Shown here: positions 33,884-35,212 of the stretch, piece after piece
Layout: each line of letters opens with the position of its first letter
Position numbering within the stretch: the stretch's first letter is position 1
Made by a program: the position numbers and the translations under genes
Notes under the pieces: generated by a model
Databases searched by the model: none
Told to the model about the DNA's origin: nothing
What the model saw: only the letters and a program-made list of their open reading frames with translations
Virus record (IMG/VR): IMGVR_UViG_3300025289_000016
Source: a virus
Reading direction: 5' to 3' (one strand)
Length of the DNA: 35,212 nucleotides

Positions 33884-33924
33884 CCCCCAGCTACCCCTTA
33901 AGTCCCTTTTGGGGTAGCTGGGGG
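33884..33924. other. Perfect 14-bp GC-rich inverted repeat (CCCCCAGCTACCCC / GGGGTAGCTGGGGG), 13-nt loop
   Basis: Read directly. It ends 17 nt upstream (in - strand sense) of the tRNA 5' end. No U tract on either strand. Confidence 0.85.
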
Positions 33925-34017
33925 TAGAACAGAAAGGCTTGCCATGTGAATGAGAATGCCTTCCTGTCTATTGATTATATTTATTTTTTTGAGATTTTTC
34001 ACATGGCATTTTTTTAC

Positions 34018-34046
34018 ATTATGTTATTCTAAAAATCAAAAGTCAA
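34018..34046 (-). promoter_or_regulatory. Promoter facing tRNA-Ala and the replication block: -35 TTGACT, 17-nt spacer, -10 CATAAT
   Basis: The - strand reads ACTTGACTTTTGATTTTTAGAATAACATAATG. Confidence 0.55.
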
Positions 34047-34073
34047 GTTCTTTCTTCATAACTAAAAAAACAC

Positions 34074-34102
34074 TTGACATTTGATTTTTGACATGATATT
34101 TT
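34074..34102 (+). promoter_or_regulatory. Promoter facing 34149..35137: -35 TTGACA, 17-nt spacer, -10 TATTTT; an extended -10 (TGGTATGAT) also lies at 34117-34125
   Basis: CTTGACATTTGATTTTTGACATGATATTTT. Its core is identical to the repressor promoter core at 22814-22830 (opposite strand). Confidence 0.5.
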
Positions 34103-34148
34103 TATACCACTACCAATGGTATGATGTTTATATCACACCATACACTGT

Positions 34149-34682
34149 ATGCCTCTGATGAAAGACTTAAAGGGGGATAATCGTATACCACAGATAGATT
34201 TTCAGGATGAGGACATTCAATCTCTCTCCCCAGTAGATAGAGCATATATTACCCTTCGGCGTCAGGGGTGGAATAAGAAAGAAATATCTCTTGCCCTTCA
34301 TATGAGTCATAATTATCTTATCACAAAAGAAAGGGACCTTTCAAAGAAGTATGATCTTACGGATCCAAAACTTGTCCGTTTAGCCTATCGGGCGCTTTTA
34401 AATATTTTACATGGCAAGACATGGGGGGGGATAGATAAAATCAAGGACTCTACAGTCCTTGGAGCTGTCTCGGAAATATATTCCAGAGCCCAGCCAGAAG
34501 TTCATCGGGAAGAAGTGTTTACCCATTCATTTTGTCATATAGCCCTAGACCAATATAAAAACAATAAGATAATTGATATTGATATTAATCAAGCAATTGG
34601 AAAGGGATATTGTTATCCCCTTGCATTATATCCACAAGACGAGATTGTATTGGCATTAGAAGGTGATAACAATTTAGAATAA
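34149..34682 (+). CDS. HTH protein with a sigma-70 region-4 / LuxR-like segment (candidate transcription regulator; small terminase is an alternative)
   Basis: LSPVDRAYITLRRQGWNKKEISLALHMSHNYLITKERDLSKK resembles a region-4-type HTH. The last six codons (GDNNLE-stop) are supplied by the conserved cassette. Confidence 0.45.
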   Translation: MPLMKDLKGDNRIPQIDFQDEDIQSLSPVDRAYITLRRQGWNKKEISLALHMSHNYLITKERDLSKKYDLTDPKLVRLAYRALLNILHGKTWGGIDKIKDSTVLGAVSEIYSRAQPEVHREEVFTHSFCHIALDQYKNNKIIDIDINQAIGKGYCYPLALYPQDEIVLALEGDNNLE

Positions 34683-34689
34683 AAGGAGA
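34662..34689 (+). promoter_or_regulatory. Single copy of the cassette GGTGATAACAATTTAGAATAAAAGGAGA
   Basis: 28 of 28 nt identical to 8211-8238. Confidence 0.7.
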
Positions 34690-34953
34690 ATGTTTCACGT
34701 GAAACATCGGAAAAAAGGAGTAACAAAATATAAATTGGCAGAAGATGGTGAGGGATTATTGCTTTGTTTTAAACCTAAGCAAAGAACATTTTATCATGTT
34801 CATGAGGACGAATTAACTGAAAAAGAGAAAGAAATAAGAGACTATCTTCTCTCACATAAAACAAAAAAAGCAGTCTGGTGTTATCCGAATCAATGTAGAG
34901 GAGTATGGTGGAGTCTTAAAAACCATAAAAAGCAAGAGATGACAACAGTTTAG
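34690..34953 (+). CDS. hypothetical protein (true start may be GTG 34699)
   Basis: ORF track. ATG 34690 abuts GGAGA with no spacing, whereas GTG 34699 has about 10-nt spacing. The start region is an 18-bp palindrome. Confidence 0.4.
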   Translation: MFHVKHRKKGVTKYKLAEDGEGLLLCFKPKQRTFYHVHEDELTEKEKEIRDYLLSHKTKKAVWCYPNQCRGVWWSLKNHKKQEMTTV

Positions 34954-34960
34954 AATAAAA
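34938..34960 (+). promoter_or_regulatory. Degenerate cassette copy GATGACAACAGTTTAGAATAAAA (no GGAG)
   Basis: 19 of 23 matches to the cassette. Its TAG is the stop of 34690..34953. The ATG at 34961 follows immediately. Confidence 0.5.
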
Positions 34961-35137
34961 ATGCCGGAATATAAAAGTAAAACCAAACATGGGGTTGTAT
35001 ACCAAGTTACAAAAGGTAAATCAGGAAATTATACTTGTGACTGCCCTGGTCATAAATATATAGGTGACTGTAGACACATTGCATTAGAAAAGCGGAAATC
35101 GGGTTATTTGGGGAAAGGTGATAACAATTTAGAATAA
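34961..35137 (+). CDS. 58-aa SWIM-type zinc-finger protein (not in the ORF track)
   Basis: CDCPGHKYIGDCRH fits CxCx(n)CxH. The ORF runs into the first array unit and ends GDNNLE-stop. Confidence 0.5.
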   Translation: MPEYKSKTKHGVVYQVTKGKSGNYTCDCPGHKYIGDCRHIALEKRKSGYLGKGDNNLE

Positions 35138-35212
35138 AAAGGTGATAACAATTTAGAATAAAAAGGTGATAACAATTTAGAATAAAAAGGTGATAACAAT
35201 TTAGAATAAAAA
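35114..35212 (+). repeat. Tandem array: 4 copies (+3 nt) of the 24-bp unit AAAGGTGATAACAATTTAGAATAA at the window end
   Basis: Units at 35114, 35138, 35162 and 35186. The last 75 nt equal the first 75 nt. Confidence 0.95.

Noticed and set aside
34154-34175. CTGATGA...GAAAG string as a hammerhead ribozyme core
   Set aside because: No flanking helices I-III can be drawn, and it lies inside the first codons of a CDS.
1-35212. Cassette as a promoter for a phage-encoded single-subunit RNA polymerase (T7-like)
   Set aside because: No RNAP-like ORF or motif was seen, including in the 1671-aa protein. A host-RNAP accessory-factor model fits better, but transcript mapping is needed.

Overview
The window reads as one complete, AT-rich tailed-phage genome of about 35 kb. 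The first 75 nt are identical to the last 75 nt, and both ends lie inside a tandem array of a 24-bp unit, so the molecule is circular or terminally redundant. About 22 kb on the + strand (83..22536) forms a late module. It holds LamG-like and fibre proteins, terminase large subunit, portal, scaffold, a P22-type coat protein, adaptor and tail hub, a second fibre with an internal duplication, three internal/ejection proteins (one of 1671 aa with an HExxH motif), holin and an M15-type endolysin. There is no tail tube or tape measure, so the particle is probably podovirus-like. A small XRE repressor (-) faces a + strand early module: an annealing protein, a split PD-(D/E)XK nuclease, a VRR-NUC nuclease, many small Zn/Cys proteins and SSB. 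A - strand block (28906..33866) carries three small proteins, a RadC-like JAB protein, an iteron/DnaA-box region that looks like an origin, a frameshifted DNA methyltransferase, a DnaD/Phg_2220_C-like replication organiser and tRNA-Ala(UGC). No integrase, RNA polymerase, reverse transcriptase or CRISPR array was seen. The feature ordinary annotation does not explain is a 24-28 nt cassette, GGTGATAACAATTTAGAATAAAA(GGAGA). It occurs as the terminal tandem array at the early/late boundary. Single copies sit exactly upstream of the scaffold gene, the coat gene and two small genes, and one half-copy is inverted downstream of the holin gene. Other points worth a second look: a 447-nt non-coding gap before ssb showing both gene-remnant and RNA-structure signals; the origin-like region with five phased TTATC[CA]ACA boxes; three promoters sharing a 17-nt core; an 18-bp perfect palindrome over a start codon; and a nuclease gene whose motifs appear out of order. 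All calls come from reading the sequence and remembering family motifs; no database search was run.
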